A DNA stretch of 64,000 bases from Mobula hypostoma. Taxonomy: Eukaryota. The stretch's first letter is position 1, and each line of letters opens with the position of its first letter. A program made the position numbers and the translations under genes. The notes under the pieces were generated by a model. That model had not been told where the DNA came from and searched no databases. It was given only the letters and a program-made list of their open reading frames with translations. This document shows, piece by piece, positions 28,901 through 43,900 of the stretch. The DNA lies in assembly GCF_963921235.1 (NCBI RefSeq), contig NC_086100.1, positions 200,014,001 to 200,078,000 of the forward strand. Direction: 5' to 3'.

Positions 28901-31900
28901 ACACTGAGACCCAGCTGATACTGACTGCTCAACAGGTATGAGCCTACACTGAGACCCAGCTGATACTGACTGCTCAACAGGTATAAGCCTACACTGAGAC
29001 CCAGCTGATACTGACTGCTCAACAGGTATGAAGCAACACTGAGACCCAGCTGATACTGACTACTCAACAGGTATGAGCCTACACTGAGACCCAGCTGATA
29101 CTGACTACTCAACAGGTATGAGCCTACACTGAGACCCAGCTGATACTGACTACTCAACAGGTATGAGCCTACACTGAGACCCAGCTGATACTGACTGCTC
29201 AACAGGTATGAACCTACACTGAGACCCAGCTGATACTGACTGCTCAACAGGTATGAGCCTACACTGAGACCCAGCTGATACTGACTACTCAACAGGTATG
29301 AGCCTACACTGAGACCCAGCTGATACTGACTACTCAACTGGTATGAGCCTACACTGAGACCAAGCTGATACTGACCGCTCAATAGGTATAAACTACAGTG
29401 AGACCCAGCTGATACTGACTACTCAACAGGTATGAACCTACAGTGAGACCCAGATGATACTGACTACTCAACAGGTATGAAGCTACACTGAGACCCAGCT
29501 GATACTGACTACTCAACAGGTATGAGCCTACACTGAGACCCAGCTGATACTGACTGCTCAACAGGTATAAGCCTACAGTGAGACCCAGCTGATACTGACT
29601 ACTCAACAGGTATGAACCTACACTGAGACCCAGCTGATACTGACTACTCAACAGGTATGAGCCTACACTGAGACCCAGCTGATACTGACTACTCAACAGG
29701 TATAAAGCTGCACTGAGACCCAGCTGATACTGACTGCTCAACAGGTATGAACCTACACTGAGACCCAGCTGATACTGACTACTCAACAGGTATGAGCCTA
29801 CACTGAGACCGAGCTGATACTGATTACTCAACAGGTATAAGCCTACACTGAGACCCAGCTGATACTGACTACTCAACAGGTATGAAGCTACACTGAGACC
29901 CAGCTGATACTGACTACTCAACAGGTATGAGCCTACACTGAGACCCAGCTGATACTGACTGCTCAACAGGTATGAGCCTACACTGAGACCCAGCTGATAC
30001 TGACTACTCAACAGGTATGAACCTACACTGAGACCCATCTGATACTGACTACTCAACAGGTATGAAGCTACACTGAGACCCAGCTGATACTGACAACTCA
30101 ACAGGTATGAGCCTACACTGAGACCCAGCTGATACTGACTACTCAACAGGTATGAGCCTACACTGAGACCCAGCTGATACTGACTACTCAACAGTTATAA
30201 ACCTATACTGAGACCCAGCTGATACTGACTGCTCAACAGGTATAAACCTACACTGAGACCCAGCTGATACAGACTACTCAACAGGTATGAGCCTATACTA
30301 AGACCCAGCTGATACAGACTACTCAACTGGTATGAGCCTACAGTGAGACCCAGCTGATACTGACTACTCAACAGGTATGAGCCTACACTGAGACCCAGCT
30401 GATACTGACTGCACAACAGGAATGAGCCTACACAGAGACCCAGCTGATACTGACTACTCAACAGGTATAAACCTACACTGAGACCCAGCTGATACTGACT
30501 ACTCAAGAGGTATAAACCTAAACTGAGACTGAGCTGATACTGACTGCTCAACAGGTATGAACCTACACTGAGACCCAGCTGATACTGACTGCTCAACAGG
30601 TATGAGCCTACACTGAGACCCAGCTGATACTGACTACTCAACAGGTATGAGCCTACACTGAGACCCAGCTGATACTGACTACTCAACAGGTATGAGCCTA
30701 CACTGAGACCCAGCTGATACTGACTACTCAACAGGTATGAGCCTACACTGAGACCCAGCTGATACTGACTACTCAACAGGTATGAACCTACACTGAGACC
30801 CAGCTGATACTGACTACTCAACAGGTATGAGCCTACACTGAGACCCAGCTGATACTGACTGCTCAACAGGTATGAGCCTACACTGAGACCCAGCTGATAC
30901 TGACTACTCAACAGGTATGAGCCTACACTGAGACCCAGCTGATACTGACTACTCAACAGGTATGAGCCTACACTGAGACCCAGCTGATACTGACTACTCA
31001 ACAGGTATGAAGCCTACACTGAGATCCAGCTGATACTGACTACTCAACAGGTATGAAGCAACACTGAGACCCAGCTGATACTGACTACTCAACAGGTATG
31101 AGCCTACACTGAGACCCAGCTGATACTGACTACTCAACAGGTATGAGCCTACACTGAGACCCAGCTGATACTGACTACTCAACAGGTATGAGCCTACACT
31201 GAGATCCAGCTGATACTGACTGCTCAACAGGTATGAACGGACACTGAGACCCAGCTGATACTGACTGCTCAACAGGTATGAGCCTACACTGAGACCCAGC
31301 TGATACTGACTACTCAACAGGTATGAGCCTACACTGAGACCCAGCTGATACTGACTGCTCAACAGGTATGAGCCTACACTGAGACCCAGCTGATACTGAC
31401 TACTCAACAGGTATGAACCTACACTGAGACCCAGCTGATACTGACTGCTCAACAGGTATGAGCCTACACTGAGACCCAGCTGATACTGACTACTCAACAG
31501 GTATGAGCCTACACTGAGACCGAGCTGATACTGACTACTCAACAGGTATAAACCTACACAGAGACCCAGCTGATACTGACTACTCAACAGGTGTAAGCCT
31601 ACACTGAGACCCAGCTGATACTGACTACTCAACAGGTATGAAGCTACACTGAGACCCAACTGATACTGACTACTCAACAGGTATGAGCCTACACTGAGAC
31701 CCAGCTGATACTGACTGCTCAACAGGTATAAGCCTGCACTGAGATCCAGCTGATACTGACTACTCAACAGGTATGAATCTACACTGAGACCCAGCTGATA
31801 CTGACTGCTCAACAGGTATGAGCCTACACTGAGACCCAGCTGATACTGACTACTCAACAGGTATGAAGCTACACTGAGACCCAGCTGATACTGACTACTC

Positions 31901-34900
31901 AACAGGTATGAGCCTACACTGAGACCCAGCTGATACTGACTGCTCAACAGGTATGAGCCTACACTGAGACCCAGCTGATACTGACTACTCAACAGGTATG
32001 AGCCTACACTGAGACCCAGCTGATACTGACTACTCAACAGGTATGAGCCTACACTGAGACCCAGCTGATACTGACTGCTCAACAGGTATTAGCCTACACT
32101 GAGACCCAGCTGATACTGACTACTCAACAGGTATGAGCCTACACTGAGACCCAGCTGATACTGACTGCTCAACAGGTATGAGCCTACACTGAGACCCAGC
32201 TGATACTGACTGCTCAACAGGTATGAGCCTACACTGAGACCCAGCTGATACTGACTACTCAACAGGTATGAGCCTACACTGAGACCCAGCTGATACTGAC
32301 TGCTCAACAGGTATGAGCCTACAGTGAGACCCAGCTGATACTGACTACTCAACAGGTATGAACCTACAGTGAGACCCAGATGATACTGACTACTCAACAG
32401 GTATGAGCCTACACTGAGACCCAGCTGATACTGACTGCTCAACAGGTATGAGCCTACACTGAGACCCAGCTGATACTGACTACTCAACAGGTATGAGCCT
32501 ACACTGAGACCCAGCTGATACTGACTACTCAACAGGTATGAGCCTACACTGAGACCCAGCTGATACTGACTACTCAACAGGTATGAGCCTACACTGAGAC
32601 CCAGCTGATACTGACTGCTCAACAGGTATGAGCCTACACTGAGACCCAGCTGATACTGACTACTCAACAGGTATGAACCTACACTGAGACCCAGCTGATA
32701 CTGACTGCTCAACAGGTATGAGCCTACACTGAGACCCAGCTGATACTGACTACTCAACAGGTATGAGCCTACACTGAGACCCAGCTGATACTGACTACTC
32801 AACAGGTATGAGCCTACACTGAGACCCAGCTGATACTGACTACTCAACAGGTATGAACCTACAGTGAGACCCAGCTGATACTGACTACTCAACAGGTATG
32901 AGCCTACACTGAGACCCAGGTGATACTGACTACTCAACAGGTATAAGCCTACCTGAGACCCAGCTGATACTGACTACTCAACAGGTATGAAGCCTACACT
33001 GAGACCCAGCTGATACTGACTACTCAACAGGTATGAGCCTACACTGAGACCCAGTTGATACTGACTGCTCAACAGGTATGAGCCTACATTGAGACCCAGC
33101 TGATACATGACTACTCAACAGGTATGAACCTACACTGAGACCCAGCTGATACTGACTGCTCAACAGGTATGAAGCCTACACTGAGACCCAGCTGATACTG
33201 ACTACTCAACAGGTATGAGCCTACACTGAGACCCAGCTGATACTGACTACTCAACAGGTATGAGCCTACACTGAGACCCAGCTGATACTGACTACTCAAC
33301 AGGTATGAGCCTACACTGAGACCCAGCTGATACTGACTGCTCAACAGGTATGAGCCTACTTTGAGACCCAGCTGATACTGACTACTCAACAGGTATAAGC
33401 CTACACTGAGACCCAGCTGATACTGACTACTCAACAGGTATGAGCCTACACTGAGACCCAGCTGATACTGACTACTCAACAGGTATGAGCCTACACTGAG
33501 ACCCAGCTGATACTGACTACTCAACAGGTATAAGCCTACACTGAGACCCAGCTGATACTGACTACTCAACAGGTATGAGCCTACACTGAGACCCAGCTGA
33601 TACTGACTGCTCAACAGGTATAAACCTACACTGAGACCCAGCTGATACTGACTACTCAACAGGTATGAGCCTACACTGAGACCCAGCTGATACTGACAAC
33701 TCAACAGGTATGAGCCTACACTGAGACCCAGCTGATACTGACTACTCAACAGGTATGAGCCTACACTGAGACCCAGCTGATACTGACTACTCAACAGGTA
33801 TGAGCCTACACTGAGACCCAGTTGATACTGACTGCTCAACAGGTATGAGCCTACTTTGAGACCCAGCTGATACTGACTACTCAACAGGTATAAGCCTACA
33901 CTGAGACCCAGCTGATACTGACTACTCAACAGGTATGAGCCTACACTGAGACCCAGCTGATACTGACTGCTCAACAGGTATGAGCCTACACTGAGACCCA
34001 GCTGATACTGACTACTCAACAGGTATGAGCCTACACTGAGACCCAGCTGATACTGACTACTCAACAGGTATGAGCCTACACTGAGACCCAGCTGATACTG
34101 ACTACTCAACAGGTATGAGCCTACACTGAGACCCAGCTGATACTGACTGCTCAACAGGTATGAAGCTACACTGAGACCCAGCTGATACTGACTACTCAAC
34201 AGGTATGAGCCTACACTGAGACCCAGCTGATACTGACTACTCAACAGGTATGAGCCTACACTGAGACCCAGCTGATACTGACTGCTCAACAGGTATGAGC
34301 CTACACTGAGACCCAGCTGATACTGACTACTCAACAGGTATGAGCCTACACTGAGACCCAGCTGATACTGACTACTCAACAGGTATGAGCCTACACTGAG
34401 ACCCAGCTGATACTGACTACTCAACAGGTATGAACCTACACTGAGACCCAGCTGATACTGACTACTCAACAGGTATGAGCCTACACTGAGACCCAGCTGA
34501 TACTGACTACTCAACAGGTATGAGCCTACACTGAGACCCAGCTGATACTGACTACTCAACAGGTATGAGCCTACACTGAGACCCAGCTGATACTGACTAC
34601 TCAACAGGTATGAGCCTACACTGAGACCCAGCTGATACTGACTGCTCAACAGGTATGAGCCTACACTGAGACCCAGCTGATACTGACTACTCAACAGGTA
34701 TGAGCCTACACTGAGACCCAGCTGATACTGACTACTCAACAGGTATGAGCCTACACTGAGACCCAGCTGATACTGACTACTCAACAGGTATGAGCCTACA
34801 CTGAGACCCAGCTGATACTGACTACTCAACAGGTATAAGCCTACACTGAGACCCAGCTGATACTGACTACTCAACAGGTATGAGCCTACACTGAGACCCA

Positions 34901-37900
34901 GCTGATACTGACTACTCAACAGGTATGAGCCTACACTGAGACCCAGCTGATACTGACTACTCAACAGGTATGAAGCCTACACTGAGACCCAGCTGATACT
35001 GACTACTCAACAGGTATGAGCCTACACTGAGACCCAGCTGATACTGACTGCTCAACAGGTATGAGCCTACACTGAGACCCAGCTGATACTGACTACTCAA
35101 CAGGTATGAACCTACACTGAGACCCATCTGATACTGACTACTCAACAGGTATGAACCTACACTGAGACCCAGCTGATACTGACAACTCAACAGGTATGAG
35201 CCTACACTGAGACCCAGCTGATACTGACTACTCAACAGGTATAAACCTACACTGAGACCCAGCTGATACTGACTGCTCAACAGGTATAAACCTACACTGA
35301 GACCCAGCTGATACAGACTACTCAACAGGTATGAGCCTATACTAAGACCCAGCTGATACAGACTACTCAACAGGTATGAGCCTACAGTGAGACCCAGCTG
35401 ATACTGACTACTCAACAGGTATGAGCCTACACTGAGACCCAGCTGATACTGACTGCTCAACAGGAATGAGCCTACACTGAGACCCAGCTGATACTGACTA
35501 CTCAACAGGTATGAGCCTACACTGAGACCCAGCTGATACTGACTACTCAACAGGTATGAGCCTACACTGAGACCCAGCTGATACTGACTGCTCAACAGGT
35601 ATAAACCTACACTGAGACCCAGCTGATACTGACTACTCAACAGGTATGAGGCTATACTGAGACCCAGCTGATACTGACTACTCAACAGGTATGAGCCTAC
35701 AGTGAGACCCAGCTGATACTGACTGCTCAACAGGTATGAGCCTACACTGAGACCCAGCTGATACTGACTACTCAAGAGGTATAAACCTACACTGAGACTG
35801 AGCTGATACTGACTGCTCAACAGGTATGAACCTACAGTGAGACCCAGCTGATACTGACTGCTCAACAGGTATGAGCCTACACTGAGACCCAGCTGATACT
35901 GACTACTCAACAGGTATGAGCCTACACTGAGACCCAGCTGATACTGACTACTCAACAGGTATGAAGCTACACTGAGACCCAGCTGATACTGACAACTCAA
36001 CAGGTATGAGCCTACACTGAGACCCAGCTGATACTGACTACTCAACAGGTATGCGCCTACACTGAGACCCAGCTGATACTGACTACTCAACAGGTATAAA
36101 GCTGCACTGAGACCCTGCTGATGCTGACTGCAGAACAGGTATGAAACTGCACTGAGACCCAGCTGATACTGACTGCTCAACAGGTATGAGCCTACACTGA
36201 GACCCAGCTGATACTGACTACTCAACAGGTATGAGCCTACACTGAGACCCAGCTGATACTGACTACTCAACAGGTATGAGCCTACACTGAGACCCAGCTG
36301 ATACTGACTGCTCAACAGGTATGAATCTACACTGAGAACCAGCTGATACTGACTGCTCAACAGGTATGAGCCTACACTGAGACCCAGCTGATACTGACTA
36401 CTCAACAGGTATGAGCCTACACTGAGACCCAGCTGATACTGACTACTCAACAGGTATGAACCTACACTGAGACCCAGCTGATACTGACTGCTCAACAGGT
36501 ATGAGCCTACACTGAGACCCAGCTGATACTGACTACTCAACAGGTAAGAGCCGACACTGAGACACAGCTGATATTGACTACTCAACAGATATAAGCCTAC
36601 ACTGAGACCCAGCTGATACTGACTGCTCAACAGGTATGAGCCTACATTGAGACCCAGCTGATACTGACTACTCAACAGGTATGAGCCTACACTGAGACCC
36701 AGCTGATACTGACTACTCAACAGGTATGAGCCTACACTGAGACCCATCTGATACTGACTACTCAACAGGTATAAACCTACACTGAGACCCAGCTGATACT
36801 GACAACTCAACAGGTATGAGCGTACACTGAGACCCAGCTGATACTGACTACTCAACAGGTATAAACCTACACTGGGACCCAGCTGATACTGACAACTCAA
36901 CAGGTATGAGCGTACACTGAGACCCAGCTGATACTAACTACTCAACAGGTATAAACCTACACTGAGACCCAGCTGATACTGACTACTCAACAGGTATGAG
37001 CCTACACTGAGACCCAGCTGATACTGACTGCTCAACAGGTATAAGCCTACACTGAGACCCAGCTGATACTGACTACTCAACAGGTATGAAGCTACACTGA
37101 GACCCAGCTGATACTGACTACTCAACAGGTATGAGCCTACACTGAGACCCAGCTGATACTGACTACTCAACAGGTATGAGCCTACACTGAGACCCAGCTG
37201 ATACTGACTACTCAACAGGTATAAGCCTACACTGAGACCCAGCTGATACTGACTACTCAACAGGTATGAGCCTACACTGAGACCCAGCTGATACTGACTG
37301 CTCAACAGGTATGAGCCTACACTGAGACCCAGCTGATACTGACTACTCAACAGGTATAAACCTACACTGAGACCCAGCTGATACTGACTGCTCAACAGGT
37401 ATGAACCTACAGTGAGACCCAGCTGATACTGACTGCTCAACAGGTATGAGCCTACACTGAGACCCAGCTGATACTGACTACTCAACAGGTATGAACCTAC
37501 ACTGAGACCCAGCTGATACTGACTACTCAACAGGTATGAGCCTACTTTGAGACCCAGCTGATACTGACAACTCAACAGGTATGAGCCTACACTGAGACCC
37601 AGCTGATACTGACTGCTCAACAGGTATGAGCCTACACTGAGACCCAGCTGATACTGACTACTCAACAGGTATAAAGACTACACTGAGACCCAGCTGATAC
37701 TGACTGCTCAACAGGTATGAACCTACACTGAGACCCAGCTGATACTGACTGCTCAACAGGTATGAGCCTACACTGAGACCCAGCTGATACTGACTACTCA
37801 ACAGGTATGAGCCTACACTGAGACCCAGCTGATACTGACTACTCAACAGGTATGAGCCTACACTGAGACCCAGCTGATACTGACTGCTCAACAGGTATGA

Positions 37901-40900
37901 ACCTACACTGAGACCCAGCTGATACTGACTGCTCAACAGGTATGAGCCTACACTGAGACCCAGCTGATACTGACTACTCAACAGGTATGAGCCTACACTG
38001 AGACCCAGCTGATACTGACTACTCAACAGGTATGAACCTACACTGAGACCCAGCTGATACTGACTGCTCAACAGGTATGAGCCTACACTGAGACCCAGCT
38101 GATACTGACTACTCAACAGGTATGAGCCTACACTGAGACCCAGCTGATACTGACTACTCAACAGGTATAAGCCTACACTGAGACCCAGCTGATACTGACT
38201 ACTCAACAGGTATGAGCCTACACTGAGACCCAGCTGATACTGACTACTCAACAGGTATAAGCCTACACTGAGACCCAGCTGATACTGACTGCTCAACAGG
38301 TATGAGCCTACACTGAGACCCAGCTGATACTGACTACTCAACAGGTATAAACCTACACTGAGACCCAGCTGATACTGACTACTCAACAGGTATGAGCCTA
38401 CACTGAGACCGAGCTGATACTGACTACTCAACAGGTATAAACCTACACTGAGACCCAGCTGATACTGACTACTCAACAGGTATAAGCCTACACTGAGACC
38501 CAGCTGATACTGACTACTCAACAGGTATGAAGCTACACTGAGACCCAACTGATACTGACTACTCAACAGGTATGAGCCTACACTGAGACCCAGCTGATAC
38601 TGACTGCTCAACAGGTATAAGCCTGCACTGAGATCCAGCTGATACTGACTACTCAACAGGTATGAATCTACACTGAGACCCAGCTGATACTGACTGCTCA
38701 ACAGGTATGAGCCTACACTGAGACCCAGCTGATACTGACTACTCAACAGGTATGAAGCTACACTGAGACCCAGCTGATACTGACTACTCAACAGGTATGA
38801 GCCTACACTGAGACCCAGCTGATACTCACTGCTCAACAGGTATTAGCCTACACTGTGACCCAGCTGATACTGACTACTCAACAGGTATGAAGCTACACTG
38901 ACACCCAGCTGATACTGACTACTCAACAGGTATGAGCCTACACTGAGACCCAGCTGATACTGACTGCTCAACAGGTATGAACCTACACTGAGACCCAGCT
39001 GATACTGACTGCTCAACAGGTATGAGCTTACACTGAGACCCAGCTGATACTGACTACTCAACAGGTATGAGCCTACACTGAGACCCAGCTGATACTGACT
39101 GCTCAACAGGTATGAGCCTACAGTGAGACCCAGCTGATACTGACTACTCAACAGGTATGAACCTACAGTGAGACCCAGATGATACTGACTACTCAACAGG
39201 TATGAGCCTACACTGAGACCCAGCTGATACTGACTACTCAACAGTATGAACCTACACTGACACCCAGCTGATACTGACTACTCAACAGTTATGAAGCTAC
39301 ACTGAGACCCAGCTGATACTGACAACTCAACAGGTATGAGCCTACACTGAGACCCAGCTGATACTGACTACTCAACAGGTATGAGCCTACACTGAGACCC
39401 AGCTGATACTGACTACTCAACAGGTATAAAGCTGCACTGAGACCCAGCTGATGCTGACTGCTCAACAGGTATGACACTGCACTGAGACCCAGCTGATACT
39501 GACTACTCAACAGGTATGAGCCTATACTAAGACCCAGCTGATACTGACTACTCAACAGGTATGAGCCTACAGTGAGACCCAGCTGATACTGACTACTCAA
39601 CAGGTATGAACCTACACTGAGACCCAGCTGATACTGACTACTCAACAGGTATGAACCTACACTGAGACCCAGCTGATACTGACTACTCAACAGGTATGAA
39701 CCTACACTGAGACCCAGCTGATACTGACTGCTCAACAGGTATGAGCCTACACTGAGATCCAGCTGATACTGACTGCTCAACAGGTATGAGCCTACACTGA
39801 GATCCAGCTGATACTGACTACTCAACAGGTATGAAGCAACACTGAGACCCAGCTGATACTGACTACTCAACAGGTATGAGCCTACACTGAGACCCAGCTG
39901 ATACTGACTACTCAACAGGTATGAGCCTACACTGAGACCCAGCTGATACTGACTGCTCAACAGGTATGAATCTACACTGAGACCCAGCTGATACTGACTG
40001 CTCAACAGGTATGAGCCTACACTGAGACCCAGCTGATACTGACTACTCAACAGGTATGAGCCTACACTGAGACCCAGCTGATACTGACTACTCAACAGGT
40101 ATGAACCTACACTGAGACCCAGCTGATACTGACTGCTCAACAGGTATGAGCCTACACTGAGACCCAGCTGATACTGACTACTCAACAGGTATAAGCCTAC
40201 ACTGAGATCCAGCTGATACTGACTACTCAACAGGTATGAAGCTACACTGAGACCCAACTGATACTGACTACTCAACAGGTATAAGCCTACACTGAGACCC
40301 AGCTGATACTGACTACTCAACAGGTATAAGCCTACACTGAGACCCAGCTGATACTGACTGCTCAACAGGTATAAGCCTACACTGAGACCCAGCTGATATT
40401 GACTACTCAACAGGTATGAGCCTACACTGAGACCCAGCTGATACTGACTACTCAACAGGTATGAGCCTACACTGAGACCCAGCTGATACTGACTACTCAA
40501 CAGGTATGAAGCTACACTGAGACCCAGCTGATACTGACTACTCAACAGGTATGAGCCTACACTGAGACCCAGCTGATACTGACTGCTCAACAGGTATGAG
40601 CCTACACTGAGACCCAGCTGATACTGACTGCTCAACAGGTATGAACCTACAGTGAGACCCAGCTGATACTGACTGCTCAACAGGTATGAGCCTACACTGA
40701 GACCCAGCTGATACTGACTACTCAACAGGTATGAGCCTACACTGAGACCCAGCTGATACTGACTACTCAACAGGTATAAGCCTACACTGAGACCCAGCTG
40801 ATACTGACTACTCAACAGGTATGAGCCTACACTGAGACCCAGCTGATACTGACTACTCAACAGGTATAAACCTACACTGAGACCCAGCTGATACTGACTA

Positions 40901-43900
40901 CTCAACAGGTATAAGCCTACACTGAGATCCAGCTGATACTGACTGCTCAACAGGTATGATCCTACACTGAGATCCAGCTGATACTGACTGCTCAACAGGT
41001 ATGAACGGACACTGAGACCCAGCTGATACTGACTGCTCAACAGGTATGAGCCTACACTGAGACCCAGCTGATACTGACTACTCAACAGGTATGAGCCTAC
41101 ACTGAGACCCAGCTGATACTGACTACTCAACAGGTATGAACCTACACTGAGACCCAGCTGATACTGACTGCTCAACAGGTATGAGCCTACACTGAGACCC
41201 AGCTGATACTGACTACTCAACAGGTATGAGCCTACACTGAGACCGAGCTGATACTGACTACTCAACAGGTATAAACCTACACAGAGACCCAGCTGATACT
41301 GACTACTCAACAGGTATAAGCCTACACTGAGACCCAGCTGATACTGACTACTCAACAGGTATGAAGCTACACTGAGACCCAACTGATACTGACTACTCAA
41401 CAGGTATGAGCCTACACTGAGACCCAGCTGATACTGACTGCTCAACAGGTATAAGCCTGCACTGAGATCCAGCTGATACTGACTACTCAACAGGTATGAA
41501 TCTACACTGAGACCCAGCTGATACTGACTGCTCAACAGGTATGAGCCTACACTGAGACACAGCTGATACTGACTACTCAACAGGTATGAAGCTACACTGA
41601 GACCCAGCTGATACTGACTACTCAACAGGTATGAGCCTACACTGAGACCCAGCTGATACTGACTGCTCAACAGGTATGAGCCTACACTGAGACCCAGCTG
41701 ATACTGACTACTCAACAGGTATGAAGCTACACTGACATCCAGCTGATACTGACTACTCAACAGGTATGAGCCTACACTGAGACCCAGCTAATACTGACTG
41801 CTCAACAGGTATCAACCTACACTGAGACCCAGCTGATACTGACTGCTCAACAGGTATGAGCCTACACTGAGACCCAGCTGATACTGACTACTCAACAGGT
41901 ATGAGCCTACACTGAGACCCAGCTGATACTGACTGCTCAACAGGTATGAGCCTACAGTGAGACCCAGCTGATACTGACTACTCAACAGGTATGAACCTAC
42001 ACTGAGACCCAGCTGATACTGACTACTCAACAGGTATGAGCCTACACTGAGACCCAGCTGATACTGACTACTCAACAGGTATGAACCTACACTGAGACCC
42101 AGCTGATACTGACTACTCAACAGGTATGAGCCTACACTGAGACCCAGCTGATACTGACTGCTCAACAGGTATAAGCCTACACTGAGATCCAGCTGATACT
42201 GACTACTCAACAGGTATGAATCTACACTGAGACCCAGCTGATACTGACTGCTCAACAGGTATGAGCCTACACTGAGACCCAGCTGATACTGACTACTCAA
42301 CAGGTATGAAGCTACACTGAGACCCAGCTGATACTGACTACTCAACAGGTATGAGCCTACACTGAGACCCAGCTGATACTCACTGCTCAACAGGTATGAG
42401 CCTACACTGTGACCCAGCTGATACTGACTACTCAACAGGTATGAAGCTACACTGAGACCCAGCTGATACTGACTACTCAACAGGTATGAGCCTACACTGA
42501 GACCCAGCTGATACTGACTACTCAACAGGTATGAACCTACACTGAGACCCAGCTGATACTGACTGCTCAACAGGTATGAGCCTACACTGAGACCCAGCTG
42601 ATACTGACTACTCAACAGGTATGAGCCTACACTGAGACCCAGCTGATACTGACTGCTCAACAGGTATGAGCCTACAGTGAGACCCAGCTGATACTGACTA
42701 CTCAACAGGTATGAACCTACAGTGAGACCCAGATGATACTGACTACTCAACAGGTATGAGCCTACACTGAGACCCAGCTGATACTGACTACTCAACAGGT
42801 ATGAACCTACACTGAGACCCAGCTGATACTGACTACTCAACAGTTATGAAGCTATACTGAGACCCAGCTGATACTGACTACTCAACAGGTATGAGCCTAC
42901 ACTGAGACCCAGCTGATGCTGACTGCTCAACAGGTATGAGCCTACACTGAGACCCAGCTGATACTGACTACTCAACAGGTATGAGCCTACACTGAGACCC
43001 AGCTGATACTGACTACTCAACAGGTATGAGCCTACAGTGAGACCCAGCTGATACTGACTACTCAAGAGGTATGAACCTACACTGAGACCCAGCTGATACT
43101 GACTACTCAACAGGTATGAACCTACACTGAGACCCAGCTGATACTGACTGCTCAACAGGTATGAGCCTACACTGAGATCCATCTGATACTGACTGCTCAA
43201 CAGGTATGATCCTACACTGAGATCCAGCTGATACTGACTGCTCAACAGGTATGAAGCAACACTGAGACCCAGCTGATACTGACTACTCAACAGGTATGAG
43301 CCTACACTGAGACCCAGCTGATACTGACTACTCAACAGGTATGAGCCTACACTGAGACCCAGCTGATACTGACTGCTCAACAGGTATGAACGGACACTGA
43401 GACCCAGCTGATACTGACTGCTCAACAGGTATGAGCCTACACTGAGACCCAGCTGATACTGACTACTCAACAGGTATGAGCCTACACTGAGACCCAGCTG
43501 ATACTGACTACTCAACAGGTATGAACCTACACTGAGACCCAGCTGATACTGACTGCTCAACAGGTATGAGCCTACACTGAGACCCAGCTGATACTGACTA
43601 CTCAACAGGTATAAGCCTACACTGAGACCCAGCTGATACTGACTACTCAACAGGTATGAGCCTACACTGAGACCCAGCTGATACTGACTACTCAACAGGT
43701 ATAAACCTACACTGAGACCCAGCTGATACTGACTACTCAACAGGTATAAGCCTACACTGAGACCCAGCTGATACTGACTGCTCAACAGGTATGAAGCCTA
43801 CAGTGAGACCCAGCTGATACTGACTACTCAACAGGTATAAGAATACACTGAGACCCAGCTGATACTGACTACTCAACAGGTATGAAGCTACACTGAGACC

